Shown here piece by piece: positions 48,401 to 58,656 of a stretch of DNA of 64,000 bases. Origin of the DNA: Andalucia godoyi And28 (taxonomy: Eukaryota; Protista; Jakobida); contig VRVR01000008.1 of the NCBI GenBank assembly GCA_009859145.1, positions 195,494 to 259,493 of the forward strand, in the 5' to 3' direction. Every line of letters begins with the position of its first letter. Position 1 is the first letter of the stretch. A model generated the notes under the pieces. That model made no database searches. It saw only the letters and a list, made by a program, of their open reading frames with translations, and had not been told where the DNA came from. Position numbers and translations under genes: made by a program.

Positions 48401-51043
48401 AATCCTTCTGCTTATGATCTGCATTACAATTTTGCTGCAGGGACGAAGCTCGAAGCAACCGTTCGGTTTGCAGATGAATTGAATCGGCGCTTTCTGCTCA
48501 GCATTTCCGAGGAGGAGTTATCGAGAATTCAGGAGGCTGGTACGGCCTCAAAAGACGTGAATCGCACCGCCGTCGTTGTTGGCGATATGTTTTCCAATGC
48601 GATCGTCAAAACGATTGGTGCGTTCTTTGCGATGGTAGATCTCGGAAACGGCCGATGGGGAAAGCTGCACATTTCTGAGGTCGCGGATAGTATGGTGGGA
48701 GAACTGCCGTTAAGCCGTCTTTCCTCGGGGATGTCTCTGAGTGTGGCTGTTGTCGCAGTTGTTAAATCCGATGACGGTAAGGATGAGATTTTTGTTTCAT
48801 CTCGATCATCAAATGTGAAGTCTTCCTCTCCTCATTTCCGAGTGGAATCATTCGGAGATGTGACGTCACAGTCCGGCGCGATTGGATACGTGACTTCGGT
48901 GAAGGGAAACCACATGTATGTTTCTCTTTCTCCGGTGCTCCATGGTCGAGTCCATGCGATTCATTCGTTGAGTTCTCTGGATGGTGATGCATTCAGTGTT
49001 TCTGATGCATTCTCATCTATTCCTGTTGGATCTGCAGTACGGCTGTTTGTTGTTCAGCATTCAGATCCAAAGAAAGCGGAGCTCTCTATGTTTGACACGA
49101 CTGCAGATCCTGTTCCTGGGGATTACGTCTGGGGCTGTGTGAAGTCCGTGATTGCCGGCTCTCATGCGGCAATTCTCCTTCCTGGCTTTAGAAATGGTCG
49201 ACTGTGTATTGCCGATGTTGAAGACCAGCCCTCGTTGAATCCACTTTCGGAGATTCATGCAGAAAACTTTGTCCGTTGTCGAGTGCTGAAGGTTTCTGAA
49301 AAGAGATTTGATGTCGCCACGAAGTCTCCTGCGAGTGACGTGTCTATCCAGTCATTAGGCGAAGATACCGCGATTACTTGCTATGTGAAGGCCACGTCCT
49401 CTGCTGGTTGTTTCGTTTATATCGGAAACGGCCTTGTTGGAAGAGTCATGCTGAATCAGCTATCCGATACGTACGTCAAGAATCCGGAAAAGAATTTTCC
49501 ACCCGGAAAACTTCTCCACGGCCGTGTCCTACACGTCAACGAATCCACCGGCAATATTGAGATTTCTTGCAGAAGGGATCACCCGATTCGAGAGTCGTCT
49601 CGTGCTGTTGATACGAGTGCCAAGAAGGATCTCGAAAAAGGAGAGGTTTTCCTTGGCAAGATCAAGCAAATTGAGCCATTTGGATTATTCGTCAGTCTTC
49701 CAAATACGAAACGACTGGGTTTGGTTCACATTTCGAAGGTGTCAGACTTGCACGTGGATGATTTATTTTCGATGTTTTCTGCCGGGCAAAGTATCTTAGT
49801 CAAAGTTTTGCATATTGACAAAAAGAAAGTTGTTCTTGGAGCCAAGAGAAGTTATTTTGACAACATAACTCAAGTGCCACAAGAATTTCAGGATGTTTTG
49901 AACTCCACGCACGCTCTTTCTGAGCCTTCTTCGCAACGCATTCGAGTTGCAGAGGACTCCGGCAGTGAATCAGAGCATTCTGATCGTGGCGAGGATCCTG
50001 GTGATGACGCTTCAGACAAGGAATCGGTCCTCGATGCGGATGAAGATGATGACGCTGGTCGATTCTCCTTCTCTGCTGTTGTCAACGACCTGTTCTCGCA
50101 TGATTCTGCACCAGTCCAAGTCCGCACCAAAACGGAAAAGCAGAGCGAGAAGGCTGCCAAAGCTGTGAAAATCTCTGGCGCTGATGAGCGTGTTGTGTCG
50201 CGTATTGAGCGAGAAGTCTTCTCGTCAAAGAAGGCTCCAGAGTCTCCTACGGAGTTTGAGAGATTGCTCGTTGAATCTCCGAACTCGTCTTTTGTGTGGA
50301 TTCACTACATGGCATATTTCATCAACATGTCTGATATTTCGTCTGCGAGAGCAGTGGCGGAAAGAGCGTTATCCTCCATCAACTTCCGCGAGGAATCGGA
50401 AAAGTTTAACGTTTGGGTCGCTCTTCTCAATCTGGAGCAACGCTTTGGGACTACCGATTCTTTCAAAGACCTGTTGAAACGTGCGATTCCTCAGACAAAT
50501 GACAAGCATCTTTGTCTAAGAGCTGCTCAAATCTTAGAAAAATCAGGGGATGGGGAAGGTGCCATCTCGCTGTTCAAGGATTTCCTTTTGAAGAAGCACA
50601 AAGACAGTTGCAAGGTGTGGGCTGCACTTGTCGAACTTTACTTCACGCTGACGAAAGTTGACGAAGGTCGTACTCAAATTGAACGTGCCATTACCTGCCT
50701 GCCTGTTCGAAAGCACGTGAAGCTCACGCTCCGTATCGCACAATTGGAATTCCGCCATCCTAATGGTTCTAAGGACCGAGGGCGCACAATTTTTGAAAAA
50801 CTAGTTGCCTCGCATGAGAAACGGACGGATATCTGGAGCGTATATGTAGACACGGAGCTGTCGGCTGGAAAGGACGTTGGCGTAATTCGAAGATTGCTTG
50901 ACAGATGCCTGGTGTTGAATGTTCCACCCAAAAAAGTCAAATTCTTCTTCAAGAAATATCTTGCCTTTGAAAAAGAGCAAGGAAATGATGAAGGAGTGGA
51001 GTACGTCAAGCAGAAGGCACGAGAATTCATTTCTCGTATTTGA
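45467..51043 (+). CDS. RRP5: rRNA biogenesis protein Rrp5 (multiple S1 domains plus C-terminal TPR/HAT)
   Basis: FPRGGGSVLTPVE N-terminus, tandem S1 repeats, PESPTEFERLLVESPNSSFVWIHYMAY, INFREESEKFNVWVALLNLE and GRTIFEKLV...RTDIWSVY. Confidence 0.95.
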   Translation: MSSKKRDHPDQVQKVLVSADEAPRPQKFPRGGGSVLTPVEHRQATLEAEREEIFRPSNVDHASRGAKPTDSTKRRAKKTASEDLFKDIADPTDGPIARPPSVVLLSAKNLSPGFISVGCIRSISREDVQIGMPNGIVAFALKKELSRLSDDVSHVIQIGQFVNCVVTHVEHEKQGRKVFVSLLPQLVNSGIDRSRVHAGCVLFSCIKSVEEHGYVVSFGLKNDDCVGFLPKLKDSDLRVGQLLFVAVTSTNGRVVAVTRMNVESACVSPKLLPGSSSFSFDSIKPGFLVEASVEKMFALGCTVRFLTDFVGSVDVFHLPFVPDTLDADAISRGIKSGNCEVSRARVMWVDAVNKIIGLSLQQNHVMNFGLAGLPSPLVVGDIARNALVIGSVEKVGTFVCVQKNKTSYLCFCHASQLPLSEASGGEKAAIIPEVGTAVECRVIANDVVDGISMVSMRESVMTATYVRYDDVKVGEMIEGTVSSIESFGVLFSVSDTVQGVVTHLHLHESTTGTAASSSSTAPAFKVGQKIKGRVIQCIPAEKRLYVTLKRSLIKSSLPKIMSIEDCRPGLISHGFITSIRDFGCIVQFYNDVHGIVPKRLMGLSEGEASSQAYALGQVVKCRVLRSDASTGSLELTFDTNSSMEDVQVLLSRTDSKTRKKAIVGTVVAGTVLSVKDQGFLLELEESKAWALLPFSHLSDVLPICDLLKSRIAVGTRVENLVVIEISDDQRRIVVSRKPILVQSVADGKMPSLSAQLSENDIIIGFVRSVQPYAIYGGFLDGLIGACFQRSIPRSLSANLSSTYPVGLTLSFRVAEKGEKLVLSLKDEPREESSVLRSLAYAKDAEFLSASGTAPPFKVGTVVEIFVKEVRDFGLLFDLDGGWKGLSLFNKDGKDSRKYTVGKKVNAVVIDVDHVHQMVDFSIQPDILNVFNRRKAKTQGSVSIGRTVSCEVLVVKENDCVVWWSLPSPGVGRLAVRGLNPSAYDLHYNFAAGTKLEATVRFADELNRRFLLSISEEELSRIQEAGTASKDVNRTAVVVGDMFSNAIVKTIGAFFAMVDLGNGRWGKLHISEVADSMVGELPLSRLSSGMSLSVAVVAVVKSDDGKDEIFVSSRSSNVKSSSPHFRVESFGDVTSQSGAIGYVTSVKGNHMYVSLSPVLHGRVHAIHSLSSLDGDAFSVSDAFSSIPVGSAVRLFVVQHSDPKKAELSMFDTTADPVPGDYVWGCVKSVIAGSHAAILLPGFRNGRLCIADVEDQPSLNPLSEIHAENFVRCRVLKVSEKRFDVATKSPASDVSIQSLGEDTAITCYVKATSSAGCFVYIGNGLVGRVMLNQLSDTYVKNPEKNFPPGKLLHGRVLHVNESTGNIEISCRRDHPIRESSRAVDTSAKKDLEKGEVFLGKIKQIEPFGLFVSLPNTKRLGLVHISKVSDLHVDDLFSMFSAGQSILVKVLHIDKKKVVLGAKRSYFDNITQVPQEFQDVLNSTHALSEPSSQRIRVAEDSGSESEHSDRGEDPGDDASDKESVLDADEDDDAGRFSFSAVVNDLFSHDSAPVQVRTKTEKQSEKAAKAVKISGADERVVSRIEREVFSSKKAPESPTEFERLLVESPNSSFVWIHYMAYFINMSDISSARAVAERALSSINFREESEKFNVWVALLNLEQRFGTTDSFKDLLKRAIPQTNDKHLCLRAAQILEKSGDGEGAISLFKDFLLKKHKDSCKVWAALVELYFTLTKVDEGRTQIERAITCLPVRKHVKLTLRIAQLEFRHPNGSKDRGRTIFEKLVASHEKRTDIWSVYVDTELSAGKDVGVIRRLLDRCLVLNVPPKKVKFFFKKYLAFEKEQGNDEGVEYVKQKAREFISRI

Positions 51044-51068
51044 AGTCGTGATTAATCACTTGCTGAAA

Positions 51069-52565
51069 TCATAAAGAAAATATGTCCAAAATATTCCGCT
51101 CTCTCGTTCTCACAAAGCACTCCAACCACTCATGGAGAAGCAAATACGGATCTTTCAAAACGTCAGGAAACAGCGACGATTTCCTTTCAAACAAGACTCT
51201 AACGTCAGACAACCAACAATTGCATGAAGAAACGTCATCGTCTGCAGTAGACCATTTAAGAGATGTACTGTCCAATGACCCGTCGTCTTCGACATGTACG
51301 CAAATGGCTGGTAAGTCGTCAGCGAGCATTTCACTCTGTCTTGTGATGACCAAGTGAAGCATACAGCGGAAAGGGCGAACAGCCATTTCCTCTAGAACGG
51401 GCTCTTCGACAACCAGTCGGACGATATAAGACACTGCTTGTCTCCTCCAAGAGGGTGCCTCCGCTACAAGCTTGATTCTCGCTTTCTCCGCGATCTGAAC
51501 TGACTTCCTGTACTTGAACTTCGCAGCAGCCAATTGATCCCGGCTCTGCGATTCTGAAACCGCATCCTTCTTGCGCAGTGGATTCGGCTTCATTTCGTAC
51601 TGGCGAACGGAAAGGGGCAAATTTGAACAGTACAGAGCTAACGAAGAAAACGACAGACGACCATACGAAGCAGCTAACGGCTCCCGAAGTTCTCCTTCGG
51701 ACAAGAACTGCAGTTTTGAATTTGAAAATCGATCAAACCAAGAAATGGATGTCACAGCAAGAGGGGTCACAGAAACTGGGGGAAGACTTCGGCGTCGTTT
51801 TGCTCGGTCACGCAAGGTAGCAGTCGCAGCATGTGGAAATAAATCATCAAGGCATTTTCTCTTAACGTGGAACTGGCCACTTTGAAACGACGGATCCTCA
51901 GACAGCTGCAAAAAGAACCGCTGTTCACAGGCAGAGGAGGGAACACAGCGGCGAGTCATCACTGTATCCAGGAATGAAACAGTGTTCTCAAGGATGCTCA
52001 CAACACTGGTGCGCTTCCACTGCTCAAAGGACTCGAAGACATGGGAGACAATTTTGAAATATTGATGAACTTGTTGTGGATCCCGCACGGACACCGGCTC
52101 CTTTGAATTGATCAACTGATTAACAAGCATCAAAAACTTCAGAGACGAAGAATCGTTCCTTATAAAAGACATTTGCTGTTGTTCAATTGCAAATTTGGAG
52201 AACAAAGGATTTTTGGCAAGGTCGGATATCATGCAGTCCAACTTGTAGGAGAAAAGAGAAACATTCACATCACCCTTTTTCAAACGAATGTCGGCAATGT
52301 TTCGTCGAACGTCATCCGAAACAGGAGCGAGATAAGGAAAATGCCCTTTCCATTCCCCAGAGAGGATCCTTTTCAACAGCTCAACAAACGCAATCGAATG
52401 CCGTTGTTGAAAATCGGACTCGGAAGACTCATAAACAGAACTGATTTGCCCTTCCCATCGCACAAGTGCCCCAATTGCTTCATCCTTGTTCGAAATAATC
52501 TGTGAACTTGAGATCTTCGCTTTGGCTAGATCCAAAACGCTGACACGATACCCTTCAATTGACAT
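51069..52565 (-). CDS. Uncharacterised protein (498 aa)
   Basis: Long uninterrupted ATG-initiated ORF filling the gap between RRP5 and C2CD5. No family recognised. Confidence 0.75.
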   Translation of the reverse strand: MSIEGYRVSVLDLAKAKISSSQIISNKDEAIGALVRWEGQISSVYESSESDFQQRHSIAFVELLKRILSGEWKGHFPYLAPVSDDVRRNIADIRLKKGDVNVSLFSYKLDCMISDLAKNPLFSKFAIEQQQMSFIRNDSSSLKFLMLVNQLINSKEPVSVRDPQQVHQYFKIVSHVFESFEQWKRTSVVSILENTVSFLDTVMTRRCVPSSACEQRFFLQLSEDPSFQSGQFHVKRKCLDDLFPHAATATLRDRAKRRRSLPPVSVTPLAVTSISWFDRFSNSKLQFLSEGELREPLAASYGRLSFSSLALYCSNLPLSVRQYEMKPNPLRKKDAVSESQSRDQLAAAKFKYRKSVQIAEKARIKLVAEAPSWRRQAVSYIVRLVVEEPVLEEMAVRPFRCMLHLVITRQSEMLADDLPAICVHVEDDGSLDSTSLKWSTADDDVSSCNCWLSDVRVLFERKSSLFPDVLKDPYLLLHEWLECFVRTRERNILDIFSL

Positions 52566-52868
52566 GGATAATCTGAAAATTGAAGTACTTCGACCATCGT
52601 GATGGGAGAAAATGGAATGGAAAAGAGCGTGTTGTTTCCCCCCGCCACAATCACTTAAGAAGCAAGGCTTTGCAGGTCATCATGTGTGAGTGCATGTTCA
52701 TTGCTCAGCTCAGGCAGCTTGAGTCCGCGCACTGGACATTCTTCGAGGCCCTTCGCCGAAGCCACCACCAGTGAGGCGTGCGTTGCAGCTTTCTTTTTTC
52801 GTTTTTTTGCTTCTCGAACAATCAGGAATTCTGCCATCTTCGCGTAGTCGTGGTGTTGTTGTTCATCG

Positions 52869-55800
52869 ATGGTGGGAATTGTAAAGGTAAGAGTTGTAGC
52901 GGCGAGAGACTTGCCAGTGATGGACCGCGCCAGCAATCTAACTGATGCATATGTTGAAATCCATTTCGTTGACCGGCCCCCTGTCCGGACTGAGATTGCG
53001 TACAAGTCTCTTTCTCCGTTGTGGAATGAAGATTTCAGAGTAGATGTCTCATCTGAGACTGCATTGCATGATTCCCCTCTCCAGTTTCATGTGTATGATC
53101 ATGATGTGCTGAACGATGATTTGATCGGTGTTGTGCTTGTTGACTTGCGTCCTCTGTTGTGCGGTTCGCCGTACGGTTCTGAAATTTCTGGATGGTTTGG
53201 GATATATGATCCCCTCCTGGGTATTCGTGGAGAGTTGTACGTTGTTGTCAAGCTTGTGTTTTTTGGTGATAGCTACACTGTTGGATCCGTGGGACTTCCC
53301 ATTTTTGGATCGGTTTGTGTCCCAGACGGATATTCTCTGTCCAGCGTGTGTGGATTTGTAGAAGAGTTGCTTATTGATGATGATCCGGAACACGGTTGGA
53401 TGGATACGTTTCGTTCATCTAGAGCTTCTAATCTAGCTCGAATGGATGTTCTGTACGGGTTATCTGGCCGCTTGCGTCGCGTGCTGGATCGGAAAGCCCG
53501 TGATATCGGCGCAAATGCAATTGTGGGGTTTCGGCAGTGTTTTGATTTTGAAAAAAAATATGGCATCGTTGTACGAGGATACGGAACGGCTTGTGTGCTT
53601 GTCGAAAGATCGGTAAGTGGAGGACAAGTCATGCCAATAACAGTGTACGGGACCAGTTCAGCACCGAAGCAATTGTCATTTTCACCCAAAACACATCGAT
53701 CTCTTGATAGTGCATTTCTCCCTTCCTCTCCTCAGCCTCAGCCTCTCGGACACTCGCCAGAAATTGCATCCGGTCGTATTTCAATGACAGCGGGATCGGT
53801 TGACTCAGACTCGACTGCAGGCCGAAGACTTCGAAAATCGAATCCGGCAATGAAGACTGTTGAAGTGCAAGACGTTTCGTTGCTCACGATGTCCGCTTTT
53901 CCTCGCTTGGGGGTTCGTAGAATTGGAGGCGTTGTGTGTGCTCGGTCAGTCAAAGTCCTTGGTGAAAGCAGTGGAAAGAAAGAAGCCGTGTTGCAACAGC
54001 ATGATGCTTGGTGGCAGGAACTGCGCCATGAGATCCGCTCTCATGCCAAGAATTTGAACTGTGCTGCTGTTGTTGGCTATCTAGAAGAAGCTACCGTATG
54101 TGATGATATCATCATTTTAAGTGTTTCGGGTACTGCTGCAATGCTAGACCCGGGCGTTGTTCCTGTTGTCGGATTTGCGATTCGAGACACGCTCTTGGCA
54201 GATTCGTCAAGTACTCGATCACCCCGACGATCGACGCCCTCAAAGAGGAGACCTTGCTCTGTTTGCCATTTGCCATTTCAGATTGAAAAGTCACCATTTC
54301 CGTTGAAAAAGTCAGTGTGCGGTTCCTGTGGTTCTGCTTTTGTTCATGATCTGCTCCTGTGCACGTGCGAAGCTCCTCTGGAAGTTCAATCAGCAGGATC
54401 TGCTCGACTTGTTCAAGCTCGCGTTTGCAAAGTTCGTCGCAAGGGGGACTCCGAAATAGGAGCAGTGTTTGTCTCCGAAGTATTGCCATTCCTTGAGTAC
54501 CAGTTGTATCAGCAACTTGTGATGAAAATACGCATGCACGGGCTCAATGCTGCATTCAGTCTGAGAATGCAGATTTCTTTATCTGCAGACTACGTCGCTG
54601 CCACAGCCACCTGCTCCGGATTGTTTGTGGATTGCTTGCCGCTTCCCCCTCCTATTGTTATTAGAAAGACGTTGTCTTCTATTGACCCAGCGATTCTGGG
54701 TGTGAAACGCCAGATCGAAGACTTGTGTTCTGCTAATCGGCACTTATACGTGTCTTACGTCCAACAGAAACGTCTGAAAGATGACAATCGTCGTGTTGCA
54801 GAGGACAATGAAGATGGCGGCTCAGAAGGGGAATACAGTTCTTGTTATTCGTCAGAAGAAGATGCTGATGATCACGATTCCGCAGGATCGTCCGGATCGG
54901 GAGATGAAGTGGAGGATACTGAAAATGACAAAGCCGTCAAAAGAAGAACATCGAGTTGGCGAAACCAGCAATTGCTCAGTTCTGAAACAGAAGTTGAGCC
55001 TTTGGTTATGGACGTAGACGATGAGATTGAACAAGATATGATGCTTTCGCTTCTCGAACCACCGCTGCCGTCAGGCGTGCGTACGTGTGCATCCTCCGCT
55101 GGATACAGCTCATTGTTCCCAAATGATTCTTTGGCACATCTTCAGCATGTTTTCGTCATCCGTCGGTTTCAATGGGCTTTTGTTGATGCAGATCGATTAA
55201 ATCAGTTCTATTCGGCGGCACATCACGAGGCACTGACCAGTTTGTGCAATTCGATCATCTTTTTCCAACCGTGCAGAGTTGTTGGATTTGAGTCTCAGTC
55301 GTCGTTCCTCAATGAAAGAGGAGAACTGCAGATTGTGACTTCGGCTACCGTCGAAGCAGAAAGTGCGGCAATGGATGTGCCGGCTTCTCGACGGCCATCT
55401 TCGAAGTCCACCGATTCCAGCGTTGGTATTCGGGGACATTCCTCGGGCCTTGGCGGTGCATACAACAGAGATAGCGAAGAGGACTTGCTGTTTCTAATGG
55501 ATCATGATTCAGGAACTGCTTCACTAACGGACAAGCCGCAGGAAGCAGATTCTCCTGAGTCGCGGACAGATACATTGGCGAAAACTATCTCGGCAGAGTC
55601 TGTCATCTTGAGCTCGACTGACAGTCTTCCGTATGCCACTGTTTTGCGGAACGTGGGTCACATTTCGGTGCATGTCGTACGAGAATCCTCAGATGTAGAG
55701 AAAACAAGTTCCACTTTGTCTAACTTTACATATCAAGCGATGGCTGATGTAGAATCATTAATACGATCCCATGTTGCTTCCTTGGGAGGAAATGCTCTCC

Positions 55801-55982
55801 TTCATGTTCGGATCGACAAGTTCATGTTCGAAGACAACGAAACCAATCATGAAGCATACTGTTTTGTCTCGATCAGCGGAGACGTTGCGTTCGCAGACCT
55901 TCGAAATTCAGACCGCGAACGCGATGACATTTCTTGTCGTATCTGGCTCCATGGTTCTCGATCCCCTGCATTTGGGAAATGA
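52869..55982 (+). CDS. C2CD5: C2 domain-containing protein 5-like (C2 plus YbjQ-like domains)
   Basis: MVGIVKVRVVAARDLPVMDRASNLTDAYVEI, GANAIVGFRQCFDFE, IGGVVCARSVK, WWQELRHEIRSHAKNLNCAAVVGYLE and LPFLEYQLYQQL. Confidence 0.88.
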   Translation: MVGIVKVRVVAARDLPVMDRASNLTDAYVEIHFVDRPPVRTEIAYKSLSPLWNEDFRVDVSSETALHDSPLQFHVYDHDVLNDDLIGVVLVDLRPLLCGSPYGSEISGWFGIYDPLLGIRGELYVVVKLVFFGDSYTVGSVGLPIFGSVCVPDGYSLSSVCGFVEELLIDDDPEHGWMDTFRSSRASNLARMDVLYGLSGRLRRVLDRKARDIGANAIVGFRQCFDFEKKYGIVVRGYGTACVLVERSVSGGQVMPITVYGTSSAPKQLSFSPKTHRSLDSAFLPSSPQPQPLGHSPEIASGRISMTAGSVDSDSTAGRRLRKSNPAMKTVEVQDVSLLTMSAFPRLGVRRIGGVVCARSVKVLGESSGKKEAVLQQHDAWWQELRHEIRSHAKNLNCAAVVGYLEEATVCDDIIILSVSGTAAMLDPGVVPVVGFAIRDTLLADSSSTRSPRRSTPSKRRPCSVCHLPFQIEKSPFPLKKSVCGSCGSAFVHDLLLCTCEAPLEVQSAGSARLVQARVCKVRRKGDSEIGAVFVSEVLPFLEYQLYQQLVMKIRMHGLNAAFSLRMQISLSADYVAATATCSGLFVDCLPLPPPIVIRKTLSSIDPAILGVKRQIEDLCSANRHLYVSYVQQKRLKDDNRRVAEDNEDGGSEGEYSSCYSSEEDADDHDSAGSSGSGDEVEDTENDKAVKRRTSSWRNQQLLSSETEVEPLVMDVDDEIEQDMMLSLLEPPLPSGVRTCASSAGYSSLFPNDSLAHLQHVFVIRRFQWAFVDADRLNQFYSAAHHEALTSLCNSIIFFQPCRVVGFESQSSFLNERGELQIVTSATVEAESAAMDVPASRRPSSKSTDSSVGIRGHSSGLGGAYNRDSEEDLLFLMDHDSGTASLTDKPQEADSPESRTDTLAKTISAESVILSSTDSLPYATVLRNVGHISVHVVRESSDVEKTSSTLSNFTYQAMADVESLIRSHVASLGGNALLHVRIDKFMFEDNETNHEAYCFVSISGDVAFADLRNSDRERDDISCRIWLHGSRSPAFGK

Positions 55983-58656
55983 CCAGCGTTATATCGTTTT
56001 GTTGCATGAAGAGCTGATTGTGCAAATGACAGTACGCGATATTATGAGGCACTTTATCCAATTATAAAAACTCACGCTGCGACTTCGCTGGATGCGCTTC
56101 CAACACTGCAAATCCGGCCATTCGCAGAGGGAACGATGGAATTCGGTTACCGGGACATAAGCAACAGCAAACACAAGATGTAAACCAGAAAAAGACTCTG
56201 TGACCCCAGAATCAGATGGCAATACCAGCAAACAAACCAATGCATCACACCTACTCCACGAACATAGAGACCATTCCCAATATGTGCAGCTTCACCAATG
56301 CGCTGACCGAATGCACAACAGCACGATTTGCGTTCTTGAACTGCGAATGGTTCGACGAAAAAGACTTCAGTCTGGAGAGACAGAAGCGGTGAGAAATGTT
56401 CACGTGATTCAAAAGAAGATGCTGGCCTTCGGTAGATGGAGTCTCTCAGACACTAGCCGGTTTCCAACATGCCAGCCGCACTTCTGCACAGAGGACACTC
56501 CAAAGAATTTGGCTTCTGCTCGTGAAGCTGTGCACGGCGGGAATGTCAGTTTCCTGGGATTCAGCAGATGAAAGAAGCGACAAGTATAAGAATGATGCAT
56601 TCAGCTGCATGCATTACAACATGGAAAGTCGGAAATCAGTATCCAGCCTGGAAGAAGTCTTCAAGTTTCTACAGAAGTGTCTGACAGTGAATTCTCGTTC
56701 TGAAACATGTAATCACATCAGCTCAAAAAGATAGAGATCAGTATGTGACGTCGTCAGTGGAGATTGGTTTGCGGATCTCCGCCGGAAAAGTATGACGCTG
56801 CTGAGGATGCCAGTCCCGTATGGCAAGAGAAACTGTCTCGATAGTTCGGACAGCGGTTTGCTACCGGAATAGAATCGCGATTGATCTTGGACTCTCTGTG
56901 CCGCATCATTTCAATAACTGACAATGAAACTCGTCGGAGATGAGCGGTTTCTTTACAGATTCGTTTGGAAACTCGCGGTTCGCGGTCTTCTGCATTTCGG
57001 ATTCAACGATACTCAGGAGCTGCAGAATTCCGACGAAGATGCGCGGGCTGTCGGATCCGGGTTGTGTTTATCAAGTAAACATACAAAATAACCGGGCCTT
57101 AAAGACGAAAGGAGGTGAACTGAACTATCCAGCAAACAATCAGGTTTGAATTCGACAACGATAATTTACGGTCCTACAGTGTCCGATTCGAAGCCGCAGG
57201 ATACTAATAATTCCGTGCGTGTTGGTCAGTATTCGTCTAGCACTCGCCAAATAGATTGGATTTCTGTTTTAACGGATAGAAACTGGCGTGTCCGTCAACT
57301 CGCTTGGACGAACCCAGTTTGTAAAACCAAAAAAATATTTCGGAATCATTCGCGGAGTGTTGGGACTGTGCCCAGTTTCAAACTCGTAAAACATTCATTC
57401 ATATCTACCTTGTAAAGGCCGGGAGGGACAGAAACTGAATACGCAATCTAGCAACTGTGTTTCTGATTAGAATAAATCGCACTCGTTGAGTAGACAATAC
57501 TGTTATAAAGAAATAGTCGGGAGGCGGGGCACTGTGTCATTCTGCACTGATCATCGTGTCCTCCCCGCCTGCAACGTCTTGAATAGGTTATTCGTCCTGG
57601 GCATCATTCGTTTCCTTTACGGGAAGTTATTTCGGATCGCGCACCTACCTCCCGGCATGCGCAAGTCAGCGACGTTAAAAGCGCCTGACTTTAAAGATAT
57701 TTCAGTATTCCCCGAGACGTGGTTTCCGTCCTGGGATGCTCACAGACTGCATCGAGAAAAAAATCAAACAAACACACACACCAAAAGAGGGAGCGGAAGT
57801 CCAGGCACTAATCGGGTGCAGGAGAAGGGAGTGAGAGCGCAGACACAAAATGAAGGAGGAAACCGGAAAATCGGAAGAAATGCCGTAGTTTCCAATTATT
57901 TTTTTTTGGAAACGCCCTTTCCAGTCTAAAATTTCCGACTGCTCGAATCGGACGAGGCGTCCAGTCTCTCGGTAGTATGTGTCTAAGCAGGCGCTCATAT
58001 GATGCACTCGGTTCCGGTGAGTCTACTGATGTGTTATGCAGCCACTTCCGCATTGACAGTCCGTTAGAACTTGAGATTTATCGTGAAGCGAGGTTTCGTT
58101 CAAGACGTGGTTCCCGGACTTGAGTGCCGCAAGCGGCATGTCTGACCATCTGTCGAAGGAGTTTCTGGTTTTCTCGGAGTGCCATTCCAAACTGTGTAAG
58201 ACCGTGGTCCGTCACGATGATCAGCATTTATACAATGTCGCCTCATTTCTGAGCCTGAAACCGCGCCATCAAGGAGTTCCTGCAGTGATGCCTTTCTCGG
58301 ATGCTTGTGGTGGAGGCTTCTTCACAATGGTGGTGAGGCAACGAGTCTGGAACAGCACTGATTGGAGAACCCCGTTGTTGCTTCTTTTTCATTTTGGGAC
58401 TGGGTGGGCGGGGGCAGGTGCATGAGACGCGGATTTCAAATCCGGATTTTTGATTTTGTTCGAAATGCGCCTTTAGCACTCAACCCCATTGTTCGGTGGC
58501 GAACCTTTTGGCGGAGTTCGTTGCTTTCTCGTATTTGGACACCCAATATTAAACAAAGGAACTCACGAAAATGAAAACACAGAAAATGGGTATATTGTTT
58601 TATCAAGTTGAAGTAGCGAAATGTTCAAGACTGATACTGAGGCAGGGAAACGGTTG

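Noticed and set aside
56000-57100. Stop-codon reassignment (TGA read-through) to explain broken ORFs
   Set aside because: TAA and TAG also interrupt these frames, and the long genes in the window use all three stops normally.
57146-57415. IS607 TnpA serine recombinase remnant (TIIYGPTVSDSKPQD...RQID) and a GCGTGTTGG 9-mer
   Set aside because: The catalytic YARVS motif is not preserved, and a 9-mer match is expected by chance in a window this size.
57712-57753. Hammerhead ribozyme on the minus strand (CUG-UGA...GGAC-GGAAAC..GUC)
   Set aside because: The core lacks the A of CUGAUGA, there is an extra G before GAAA, and stem I cannot form.
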